A DNA stretch of 64,000 nt, taken from Glycera tridactyla (lineage: Eukaryota). The first letter of the stretch is position 1, and each line of letters opens with the position of its first letter. The stretch is from NCBI GenBank assembly GCA_965644265.1, contig OZ286473.1, positions 50,282,001 to 50,346,000 of the forward strand, in the 5' to 3' direction. Below, in pieces: positions 50,283 through 60,600 of the stretch. The position numbers and the translations under genes were made by a program. Below the pieces are notes generated by a model that was not told where the DNA came from, made no database searches, and saw only the letters and a program-made list of their open reading frames with translations.

Positions 50283-52128
50283 TACAGAGGGATGCTCTCT
50301 TTTCTCTCTTCTCATACAGTTGGCCACTTGCAATTTCCTTTTTATTTTTATTTATTTATTTATCTTTTTCATTGCCAGTCATGGCCATTTTCCTATGATA
50401 GCCAACTGTTATAAATATTATGAAGCAAAATGATACCTGAAATCACCCATGAGTTGTCTCAGGGGTGAGGCACAGGTCATCCTCTAGAACATTCTTTGTC
50501 AAAATCCACCCTGAGGATTGGTCATGAGTTGTCTCAGGACCACCCTTCCTCAAGGTTATTCTTAGATCTGAGGTTATCCTCAAAAAGCAATAGTGTTAAT
50601 ATGCATTGAGTTGGTTCATGAGTTGGCCTCAGGATCTGACACACATGCTTATTGCCACTGCACAGTTGTGTAGAGGGACATGAGTTGTCTCAGGCACCTC
50701 TGCACAATCTTGCACACTTATGAGGTTGTATTGTATAGAATTAACACATTCAAATACCTGGTATTGCACCACATCCTGGCTCAGACACAGATGGGATCCA
50801 ATACAGGAATAGATCATGAGTCGGAATGTGGTTGAATGTGCCTTGTGGTGACAAGGAGCACCAAAGGCACATTCCATCCAATTCATCCACTATATTTGTA
50901 AACCTTTCTATGACATGTTTTGATATCAAATTTGTTGACAGGCAAGATCATGGTTCTCCTTTTCTCTGGATCTGAAACCGAAAGTTCATGCTTTTACCTA
51001 GTCTGTCAAGAGCGGACTCAAGATAGCACACTATTAGATTCCGTTCATATCAAAATGTGACTCATGTGTCAGTATCTGGCTGTTGAGATATAACTGGAAC
51101 TGTGAATGGTAACTCTCCACCAGGTACCTACCTTGAGCAAAAGAGTAGCCTTATTGAGGATGGCTGTTGCCAGCCTTGATGTAGGTGAGACAGATGAGGG
51201 ATGCAGCAAAACTGTGTTTGAATTTTCNNNNNNNNNNNNNNNNNNNNNNNNNNNNNNNNNNNNNNNNNNNNNNNNNNNNNNNNNNNNNNNNNNNNNNNNN
51301 NNNNNNNNNNNNNNNNNNNNNNNNNNNNNNNNNNNNNNNNNNNNNNNNNNNNNNNNNNNNNNNNNNNNNNNNNNNNNNNNNNNNNNNNNNNNNNNNNNNN
51401 NNNNNNNNNNNNNNNNNNNNNNNNNNNNNNNNNNNNNNNNNNNNNNNNNNNNNNNNNNNNNNNNNNNNNNNNNNNNNNNNNNNNNNNNNNNNNNNNNNNN
51501 NNNNNNNNNNNNNNNNNNNNNNNNNNNNNNNNNNNNNNNNNNNNNNNNNNNNNNNNNNNNNNNNNNNNNNNNNNNNNNNNNNNNNNNNNNNNNNNNNNNN
51601 NNNNNNNNNNNNNNNNNNNNNNNNNNNNNNNNNNNNNNNNNNNNNNNNNNNNNNNNNNNNNNNNNNNNNNNNNNNNNNNNNNNNNNNNNNNNNNNNNNNN
51701 NNNNNNNNNNNNNNNNNNNNNNNNNNNNNNNNNNNNNNNNNNNNNNNNNNNNNNNNNNNNNNNNNNNTGCCATCCTTTTAGGGCCTACTGGCGTAGTTTT
51801 TTAATCCAATCTGTGTCAAGACTATGTTTTAGAATCGACCATAACTCCAGTCTCAAATAATCCTGCCTAGGTTGACGACACGTTAAGCCCCACTCAATCA
51901 ATCAATGGATGACTCATGTGAAAGTGAAAGTGAAACAGCACCTGGTGCTCTTCGCACACGAGGAGGACACCCGTATCTACTCTCTGCTCCCCGACCCATT
52001 TACTCGAGCGATTGGACTTCAGTGGAAGAACCCGGATGACAAAGTGAAGGAAGTGAATGTGTATCTTTCAACCTGCAACCAACTGTCAAACTGGACTACA
52101 GCTTTAGCCAGCTAGCGAAGTGCTGAAA

Positions 52129-52354
52129 ATGGGTAATGTTTTCGAGTGGGGATGGAGCCGGATGCCCATGGTAACTCGCATCCTGATTGTTGGCGTTTTC
52201 CTGTCAATATTGGCTCTCACGACGCCATTTTGGGCCTATATTCGTGTGTATGAATTGGAAGCCAATCGCCCAACATTTGGCCTGTGGCATTTCTGTGCTG
52301 ATCATCACTGCAACTCGATCCATGACAATTTGGTTCCTGGAAGGGACGTCCCAG
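52129..52354 (+). CDS. PMP22/EMP/claudin-superfamily membrane protein, coding exon 1
   Basis: MGNVFEWGWSRMPMVTRILIVGVFLSILALTTPFW (TM1) followed by W...GLWHFCADHHC, the W-GLW-C-C signature of the first extracellular loop. aaaATG context; donor CCAG|GTTAGT in phase 1. Confidence 0.82.
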
Positions 52355-53369
52355 GTTAGTAATAGCTATACTTTTGAGGCGACTGCTCTTGTACGTCTCA
52401 GGTAGCGGACATCATCAGGACCTTAGTCTTAGAATTCTGAGAGCCTCAGTAATTTTGACGGACGCCCACCAATTGACGAACGACGGCTTTTTTTTACCAT
52501 CATCCATATGTGATTCTCCATAATGAATAGCATGGGAATAGAGGCATTGGATAATAATCATGTAACATGAAAAGGTTTGAGGCTGTCAATCTTTTTTCTG
52601 AGTGCTGGTGACAAACTTCCCGAGCGACAATTATCCTGAATCTCAACCTTGCTCTGGTTTTACCCTGATATGCAGACTTGGAATGAGCCAGGCAAAAAGA
52701 TATTTTTGATGTGTGAAGCAAACAAGATTCCCTATTGATCTGCTGTTCTAGATGTTGATTGTAACACACCGTTAGACAAGAGGATACTGAAATGATGATC
52801 ATCTGTGTGCCTGTCCGTTAGTGGTTTCCAATCAATATCTCCTGAACTGTACACGCTGTGAACTGATCCAAGCAACCCTCAGAAGTGATGAGCGTATCAT
52901 CATGCATGAGTGGTTTCCTGCCATATGGTGGTCTCTGATTGGTCAAGAGGTTTGCACTGATCATCTAAAGTTCTCATTGTATCCCACCCCCATATCATAA
53001 GTATGAACTCATTAGGGATGTAATTAATCTGCGGATCAGCAGATTTCTTGGTTCTTGTCATGAATACAGCAGTTCATAGTTTATATGCAGTCATAGTAGC
53101 CATTATTTACAGTTTTGGCAGTTTCTTAGTCCACAATTCTTGGTTCCTCCGGTCAGGCTTTCAGTATTTTTGGTTGTGATCCAATCACATCCCTGACTCA
53201 TCCAAGTGACCCTCAAAAGTGAAGAGCATACTTTTATGCTTGAGTGATTTCCCGCCAAATGGTGGCATATAATTGGTCAACAGGTTCCCGCTAATTATCT
53301 CCTGAGGCTTTCATCATATCCCTAGACCATATCAGAACTGTTAACTCATCCTAGTGAACCTGTGCCTGT

Positions 53370-53667
53370 AAATCAGGCATGGAGTTCAAGGGAGTTTGTA
53401 AATAAATGAGAGGATATAAACAGGGCTCTATGTTACTACCAATGTGTGGTTGAGAGAGTCTGCCAAAATAGGAGGATGGTAAATGCCCAGCTGGATATCT
53501 GCTGTACTGAGTGAAGTTTGATTGTGGATAGAACAAGATGATGCATTATACATATAGAATGAAAGAATATGATAGATAATCCCCCAACAAGTACCGTTAG
53601 TAACATAGAGCCCTGTTTATATCCTCTCATTGATTTACAAACTCCCTTGAACTCCATGCTTGATTTG
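53370..53667. mobile_element. Fold-back MITE with ~70-bp TIRs in intron 1 of the claudin-like gene
   Basis: AAATCAGGCATGGAGTTCAAGGG...ACAGGGCTCTATGTTACTA is mirrored by TAGTAACATAGAGCCCTGT...CCTTGAACTCCATGCTTGATTT. Confidence 0.75.
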
Positions 53668-53788
53668 AGTCCTTGCTTCATGTGCTTTCTGAGGAAAATC
53701 CACCCAGTGTATCCTTTTTATAAGGCCACTCTAATGAAAGTATACTTTGAAACTTGTGTCAGATTCCATGTATTCTTTTTGATTTCAG

Positions 53789-53938
53789 TGTGGTACCATA
53801 TGACTCAAGTCTGTTACACCATTGGCTGTATCTGCTCAGCGATACCAATGTTTGTTTGTGCCTCGCATCACGAAGGACGGTATTTGCGTATGCCGGCTAC
53901 GCTGAACCAGATGATGGTCCTCATGCTCCTCGCTGGAA
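53789..53938 (+). CDS. PMP22/claudin-like protein, coding exon 2 (VWYHMTQVCYTIGCICSAIPMFVCA...MMVLMLLAG)
   Basis: Acceptor ttctttttgatttcAG, 150 nt, phase 1 to 1; joins exon 1 as DVP-V-WYHMTQ, the usual P-x-W...Q lead into TM2. Donor GAA|GTAAAT. Downstream exons not identified. Confidence 0.75.
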
Positions 53939-55157
53939 GTAAATATCTTTATCCTTCTCTATCGAGACATTGTTGCATTGCATATACAGACCTCTCTATA
54001 AAGACCGCCCTCGGTTGCATAAAAAAGTGGCCTCTATAGGGAGGTGGTCTTCATAGAGAGGTCATCTACTGTTGAAAATACTACAGTAAAACCTGTCTCT
54101 CAAGACAGGTGGTCTCTCATTGGAGGTATATTTGACTATGTCAAATGGAGAAGAGACGATAAAGAGCGGTCTCCCATTTGAGCGTGGTCTCCCAAAAGAG
54201 GGGTCTCCCAAGACAGGTTTCACTGTACCATGGTCACAGCTAAGGGTGGCCTTTATAGAGGGGTGGTCATTAGAGAAGGTTTGACTGTATAGGGGAGCCA
54301 AGATTCATTTCTCTTTCTAAATCCAGGTGTGCAGGGCTTTACATTAATTTCTCCCTTCACTTGTCCTTTAGGCTGGTGGGATGGAGTTCTTGCCTGCCCT
54401 CCTCAACATTTCTTTCTGCCCTCCTCCATAAAATCATACACTGAATCATGGTTACAGAGTTGCTCATAGAGCAGTTACTCGGATCAATTATTATGCCTGC
54501 CCTGGTGTGTTCTATCGCTGCATTTTTCACTTCAGCCATTATGAATTCATGGTCCAGTGCCAGGTTCCTTAGTGTTGCATCTAGAAAAGGGGAGTGGGCC
54601 AATCGACACGCATTTGTTATCTTTGGTCCCTTTTCAAACTGATGAAGGGCCAAATCCCCCATATTTTCTGAATATTTTAATACTATTTCCATTAAAGTGA
54701 CCCTCTAAAGTTTTATGCTGGCCCTTAATGGTTAATCTGATCTGCCAAGTGAAACTTCTAGATGCATCTCTGGTTCCTACAGAAGCATGTTATGTGAGTT
54801 GGGTGCTTTCCTGGGTCTGGAAGAGATATGTTGGATGTTGGGGCCTTCATCCTTCATATCTGGCTCCATCCCACTTGAAAACATTACCCATTTCCAGCAC
54901 ATCACACGCTGGCTACAGCTGTTGGTCCCATTTCATGACTGGTTGGCACATATTCTAGGTGGCCTGATGAATAAAGCAGAATAGGTTAGATTTGTCCAGG
55001 CCCTGAACACATTTCACATTTGGTTCAGGAAATTAGGTTAGAGCGAATGAACCCAGGAATCATATCCTTGCATATACAGTCTAACCTGTCCTGAGCAGCC
55101 ACTGTACTAAGCAGCCGCCTGCCCTAAGCAGCCACTTTTGAAATTCCCCCTGAAGGT

Positions 55158-55681
55158 TTTTATGCTTCCGCCATATCATGGCGGATGGCATATAGTGTGT
55201 GTGTGTGTGTGTGTCCGGTCATTTTCGTGTCCGGCCCATAACTTCGCCATCCATGACTGGATTTTCATAAAACTTGGTACACATGATCATCATATGAAGA
55301 CGATGTGTCACGAGGAAGAACCGTAACGCTTGAGTGATTTCCCGCCAGATGGTGGCCTCTGATTGGTCGATTCGTGTCCGGCCCGTAACTTTGCCATCCA
55401 TGACTGAATTTTCAAATAAATTAGTGCAAATGATCATCATATGAGGATGAGGTTTTGCGTGCCCAATCAACCACATTGCAGTGATTTCCCGTCAAATGGT
55501 GGCCTCTGATTTGTCAATTTTTGTCTGGCCCATAACTTTGTCTTCCATGATAGGATTTTCAAATAAATTGGTACAAATGATCACCATATTAAGACGACAT
55601 ATCATGTGCAGAAACTGAGTTGCTCACTCATGGGTCAGAGTCTCAGCTGAGGCATCCGTGTCCTATGGACACCTTTCTAGT
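55158..55681 (+). mobile_element. Helentron-associated (HINE/DINE-1-like) element with ~120-bp internal tandem units, inserted into a MITE; related copy at about 60850-61320 and degenerate units at about 52830-53340
   Basis: Starts TTTATGCTTCCGCC, then a GT microsatellite and repeated GTCCGGCCCATAACTTTG...GATTTCCCGCC...GGTGGCCTCTGATTGG units; 3' hairpin GTGTCC-TAT-GGACAC near ...CTAGTT; T-rich insertion site. Confidence 0.65.
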
Positions 55682-56134
55682 TTCACTATAATTCACCTGT
55701 TCTAAGCAGCCACCTGCCCTAGGTAGTCACTTTTTGCCTTCCTGAAGGTCGACTGCTTAGAATAGGTTTGACTGTACAGTTGAACCTGTCTATGAAGACC
55801 GCCTTCAGTTGCATCAAAAAGTGGTCTTTATAGGCAGGTGGTCTTTATAGAGGTCATTTACTGTTGAAAATATTACCAGGGTGGTCTTTATAGAGAGGTG
55901 GTCTCTATAGAAAGGTGGTCTCTAGAGCAGGTTCGACTGTACATTGTAGTTTATATAGAGGACGATTTGCTGGCTAGGTGGCGCCTCTGTGCTCCCGCTG
56001 AATCACGGGTAATAGTAGACGCTCTCACCTTGCCCTACCACTTCCGGGCTACATGCGAAGATTATCAGCGCACGGGTGGCGGGTATCGTTGATGCGTATA
56101 GCACACACGCACACAAGCACGCACGCATGCACGT

Positions 56135-56194
<60 letters not shown>

Positions 56195-56395
56195 ACATAC
56201 TCACATCCATGGGCATGAGATTTCTTTTTCGTGGAGTCAAAATTGTGATGATCTGTCTTGATATTGACACCATCAATCTCTCATCAAATGAAATATTCCC
56301 CCTCTCCCATCGGGAGAGTGAGTTTGGTCCTTTCCCTCTCCCGAAATCCAATCCACTCCCGGGATTAGGGAGAGTGGCTGAATTAGAAGACTGTA

Positions 56396-56454
<59 letters not shown>

Positions 56455-56609
56455 CACTCGCTATTTTCATCATTATTCTTATCATGGTGATATTACCTGC
56501 GCGACCAAAGGCGTGAGTCGTACTCCCATAAAGCTGATTGTTTCACCAGTCAGTCAAGCCAGCTTAAGTGTGACTATTCACATCAGGGCTCAATGAGCTT
56601 TGATCAAGA

Positions 56610-56880
56610 TCACAGGTGAAACCACGGCTCACAGCTCGATGACACCTCTGACTTCACAAGTAAACTGTGAAGGTGTGGAAGCCATGGCTCAGTGTTCAGA
56701 GGTGAGAGTGTGGAAGCCATGGCTCAGAGCGTGACAGCCTCTCTATGAGTTCTCAGGTGAACTGTGGAGGCGTGAAAGCCACGGCTCAGCATCGACAACC
56801 CTTCAGGAGCTCACAAGTGAACTGCGAAGGTGTAGAAGCCACGGCTCAAAGCATGACAAAGTTCTTTGAGCTCAAAGGTG
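56610..56880. repeat. Dispersed repeat with ~60-70-bp internal units (GAAGCCA(C/T)GGCTCA); inverted homologue at about 38250-38430
   Basis: Repeated GTGAACTG...GGAAGCCACGGCTCA matches the reverse complement TGAGCCGTGGCTTCC...GTGAACTC near 38.3 kb. Confidence 0.7.
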
Positions 56881-57508
56881 AGGGAGGGAGACCTGAATTC
56901 AATGTATTCTCAAAGGTGTTGTGCTGGACCGGAAGTGAGCGGGCAATGTGCTACTCGCGCGAAAATTCAATATGGCGGGGCCCACAAATTCGCGCAATTC
57001 CTCGTGTATAGTCAAGAGAAATAAGCCACCACCTGGAAGAACAAATTTCTCATGCCTGCCACTTCATGTAACAATTTGAATGAAAGTGATTGTAATAGCA
57101 ATGCATGTACTGTGGGCTAGGACATGAATGAGTTGCTGAAAGTGGGATAGCTAATTCAGCTGGGTTTAATACATGATATACAAGGCTATCATCCATGTGC
57201 GATAGTAATGCAGGGAATTTTCCAGCAACTACTGTTCAATCACTTTTCTGCCTCTTGCATGCTATATTGTATCATTTTCTTTTCCTTATGATCAGAATTT
57301 TCTTTCTTATCTACGATGAAGACCTTTTCAGAAATATCTGGATATATGATTGCTTGGCGGGAATCACACCTATGTACCGGAAATAAGCAAAGTCTTGTGA
57401 TTTCCCTCTTTTTTGCTGATACATGTAAACTATGCACACTTCAGAATGACCAGCAATATATATGCTGTGCTCTTATCTATTCTAAAATAGAAATGAGTGC
57501 CATGAGTA

Positions 57509-57685
57509 CAGTAAAACCTGTCTTAAGTGAAAAGTCACGGGACAAAATTTTTCTTTCACTTAAGACAGGATTTTGCTTAGCGCAGGACAATTATAGTGAG
57601 AAAAAAACATCCGGGCAGACCGTGGGGTATGTGCTTAAGACAGGATTTTGCCTAGCACAGGTTTACTCTCAAGCAGGTTTCACTG
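57509..57685. mobile_element. 177-bp MITE, near-identical to the copy at 63781-63957; partial copy at about 60775-60830
   Basis: CAGTAAAACCTG ... CAGGTTTCACTG; the two copies align over their full length with few substitutions. Confidence 0.88.
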
Positions 57686-60600
57686 TATTCTTGGTGTGTA
57701 CTGAAGGTAGGGCATGCAGAATTATAAGCACCAGTTAATGCATATTAAACTGTTGGAAATCATGATTAGTGTGTTCCTTGTCATCTGTCAGGTGGATGAA
57801 ATCTCTGTATTGTATATCAGTCCTATCTTCAGACAGGAAACAGGTCAGAAATATCAAATTGAACGAGCATTGACTTCCAGAGATGAAGTGGAAAGGTCTT
57901 CATGTGATATGATCTACTGTACTTGTGGTCTTATCTGTGTGCTTTGAGTATCTATTTCAGTTTGTATCTCTTCAGAGAGTATTAGATTTACAGTCGAACT
58001 TCCTCTAAAGGCCACCTCTCTATAAAGACTGCCCTGAACTGTGACCGTGGTAGTATTTTCTACAGTAAATGACCTCTCTATGAAGACCACCTCCCTATAA
58101 AGGCCACTTATTGATGCGACCGAATGTGGTCTTTATGGAGAGTGAAGTGGAGAAAATTCTCAACACTTCCTACCTTTGGCCGTGGTAATATGTGTAATGA
58201 ACTTCACAAAATGTCTGATAAAATGTCACTTGTAAGAAAACAAACGAGTAGATAGAGTCTATAAATCATTTACTGGTACTCTTTTTAGGGAGTAGCCAAT
58301 AATGAAGAAGTGCTATACAAACTAAGGACTAAGTGCTGGGTGATGATGGTGACTGATGTGAAACGTATGTCTGCAGGAAGCCAAGTGATCAGAAGTTTTT
58401 CCACACACTGACTCATATAGACAAAGTTAGCATCACAAGCATCCTCCCCCAAAACATGTCCCAAACTTGTCCACCACTTGCCTCATTATACAGAGAGGGT
58501 TTCACAACCTCTCTATGACCATATACAATATTAGGGTTTATGGGGAAAGGCATGCACATCATAAAATAAACATTGAATAAACATGTGAACTATATACCAA
58601 TGCGTGCCTGACACTGAGACACATCTTTCAAGACGGGTTTGACTGTAATATGTGAACTATTGACAGAAATATGAATGGACACAGAAATAAACAATTACTG
58701 GCTGAATGTGAGCTGCAATAGGTTGCTCGCATAAAGCCAGGGTAAATGAGGGCTTCCCCCACAACAGGCTGTATTTGTTGTAGCCGGTTGCTAGGGGTAG
58801 TGTAGAGAGAGTGGCAGAGGGATGCACTGATGCAATCAGTGCACCACTCATGGCTCACATTCACGCAACTTTATCACCACACTTCTATTGAGATAAACTC
58901 TGAAGAATTTCACACTGACTTCAGAATGTTTCTAAAATAATCATGTCTGAATCAGCCAGGTATTTATCCTGAAGATTGGGATCTTCGATACAAATTAAAT
59001 CCAAGCCATTCAGGGGCAATTCTAGCAAGAGGTAGCTTGCAGATGGTGGTGGGAACTGGGGGTGAGCATTCTTGCATAATGAGATGCGGGTTGGTCATTT
59101 CCCCATGTTTACATGTACAGGGCATGACCAACATATCAAGGTATTGGGATAGACTGATGATCAAAATATTTCTTAATTGATGTAATTTTCAGTAATGATG
59201 GTGAAATAAACAAGAGAAAATAAACTGTCATGTTTGAGACATGCCTCTGATGTGCAAAAGATGTACATCAGGGAGATTCCCATGCCAGCTGGCATTCACC
59301 AGGTCCATGCCACAATCATCTGATCTAAGCTGGCTTAAATATGAATATGATATATTGCAATCATAAACTCTAGTTTCTATCTAAGATCTAATGATTGGTT
59401 CAACAATACATGATACGATATTCAATTAGAAGAGAGAAATCCAGTTTCTCTACCTAGCTGTGAGTTCCATTCTCACAGACCATTCCAGACCTGGCTATCT
59501 GTATAAATCACCAATATTCACAATATCATGTCTGTAAAACATGGAAATCATATTTCAATCATTCAATCATCATGCATCAGCATGCCTAGCATACTGCTCA
59601 AGACATCCATCACATTCATAGATCTCATTCATATCTCACATTCAAACTATTGAGCACAGTTACACACTCTTTCATTGCTGTTCACAGTCATTCTACCAAT
59701 ATTACTGATAATAAACTCCTAAATATGACTTGTGTGATGAACCTCTGTTTCATGATCTGAAACCAACAATCATATCTCCTGAGAGTAATTCCAACTGGGC
59801 GCGCAATTCAATTTGTATATTCAGATTCAAACCATCTATATTCAAATTCAAACCTTCTCAATTCAAACTTTCAACTCTCTCATAATACATAGAATTTCAG
59901 TCCTACGAGAGGTTCGACTGTATATCATCAAGTACAGTCGAACCTCCCTATAAAGACCACATTCGGTTGCATCAATAAGTGGCCTTTATAGGGAGGTGGT
60001 CTTTATGGAGAGGTCATTTACTGTAGAAAATACCACCATAGTCGCAGTTCAGGGCAGTCTTTAAAGGGAGGTGGTCTTTATAGAGAGGTGGCCTTTAGAG
60101 GAGGTTCGACTGTAAATAGATTATGTCAAATTTCTAATTTGTATTGAATTTACATGGTATGGGCATCAGAAATTAAAACGTAATTTTTGGTTCGCATGCG
60201 AAGCAAAATGCGAGTCTATGTAATGATGCAGGTGGTCTGTCTGTTTGGTTGCGTCTGTCCGTCTGTCCGTCTGTCCGGCTATCACTTCGTAGAACGTAAA
60301 CTTTTTGGTTAAAGTTTTGCGTACAAGTTTTTCACTGAGGCCTAACTCGGTTAATATTGCACCTACAATTTTGAAATTTGGTATACATTTGCATTAGTAA
60401 TTGGACAACAACTCTGTAGCATTATTTTCCACATTCAATCCCATATAATTGGGTAATTTTTAGGTAAAAGAAGACTTTTTCATTTGTGAGTTTGGATTTT
60501 TTTGAGACAGCAGAACTCATTAACTCTGTCTGGATTGTGTGAGACCCCTCCGAAATAGACACATTCACCTGGCTGTCCTTTCATTGTTGGGGAAGGCTCT

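Larger units (their letters stand above)
44338..50959 (+). mobile_element. Tyrosine-recombinase retrotransposon (DIRS order, Ngaro-like); boundaries uncertain
   Basis: Overlapping gag, RT-RNaseH and YR ORFs on one strand; no methyltransferase domain after RNase H; associated SGNH hydrolase ORF. No long terminal or split direct repeats could be found by eye. Confidence 0.88.

Noticed and set aside
46151-50694. CRISPR-like reading of the motif arrays
   Set aside because: Repeats are only 15-17 nt with 60-140-nt spacers, there are no cas genes, and the context is eukaryotic.
29615-51804. Long ORFs containing X residues
   Set aside because: Artefacts of reading through N-runs.
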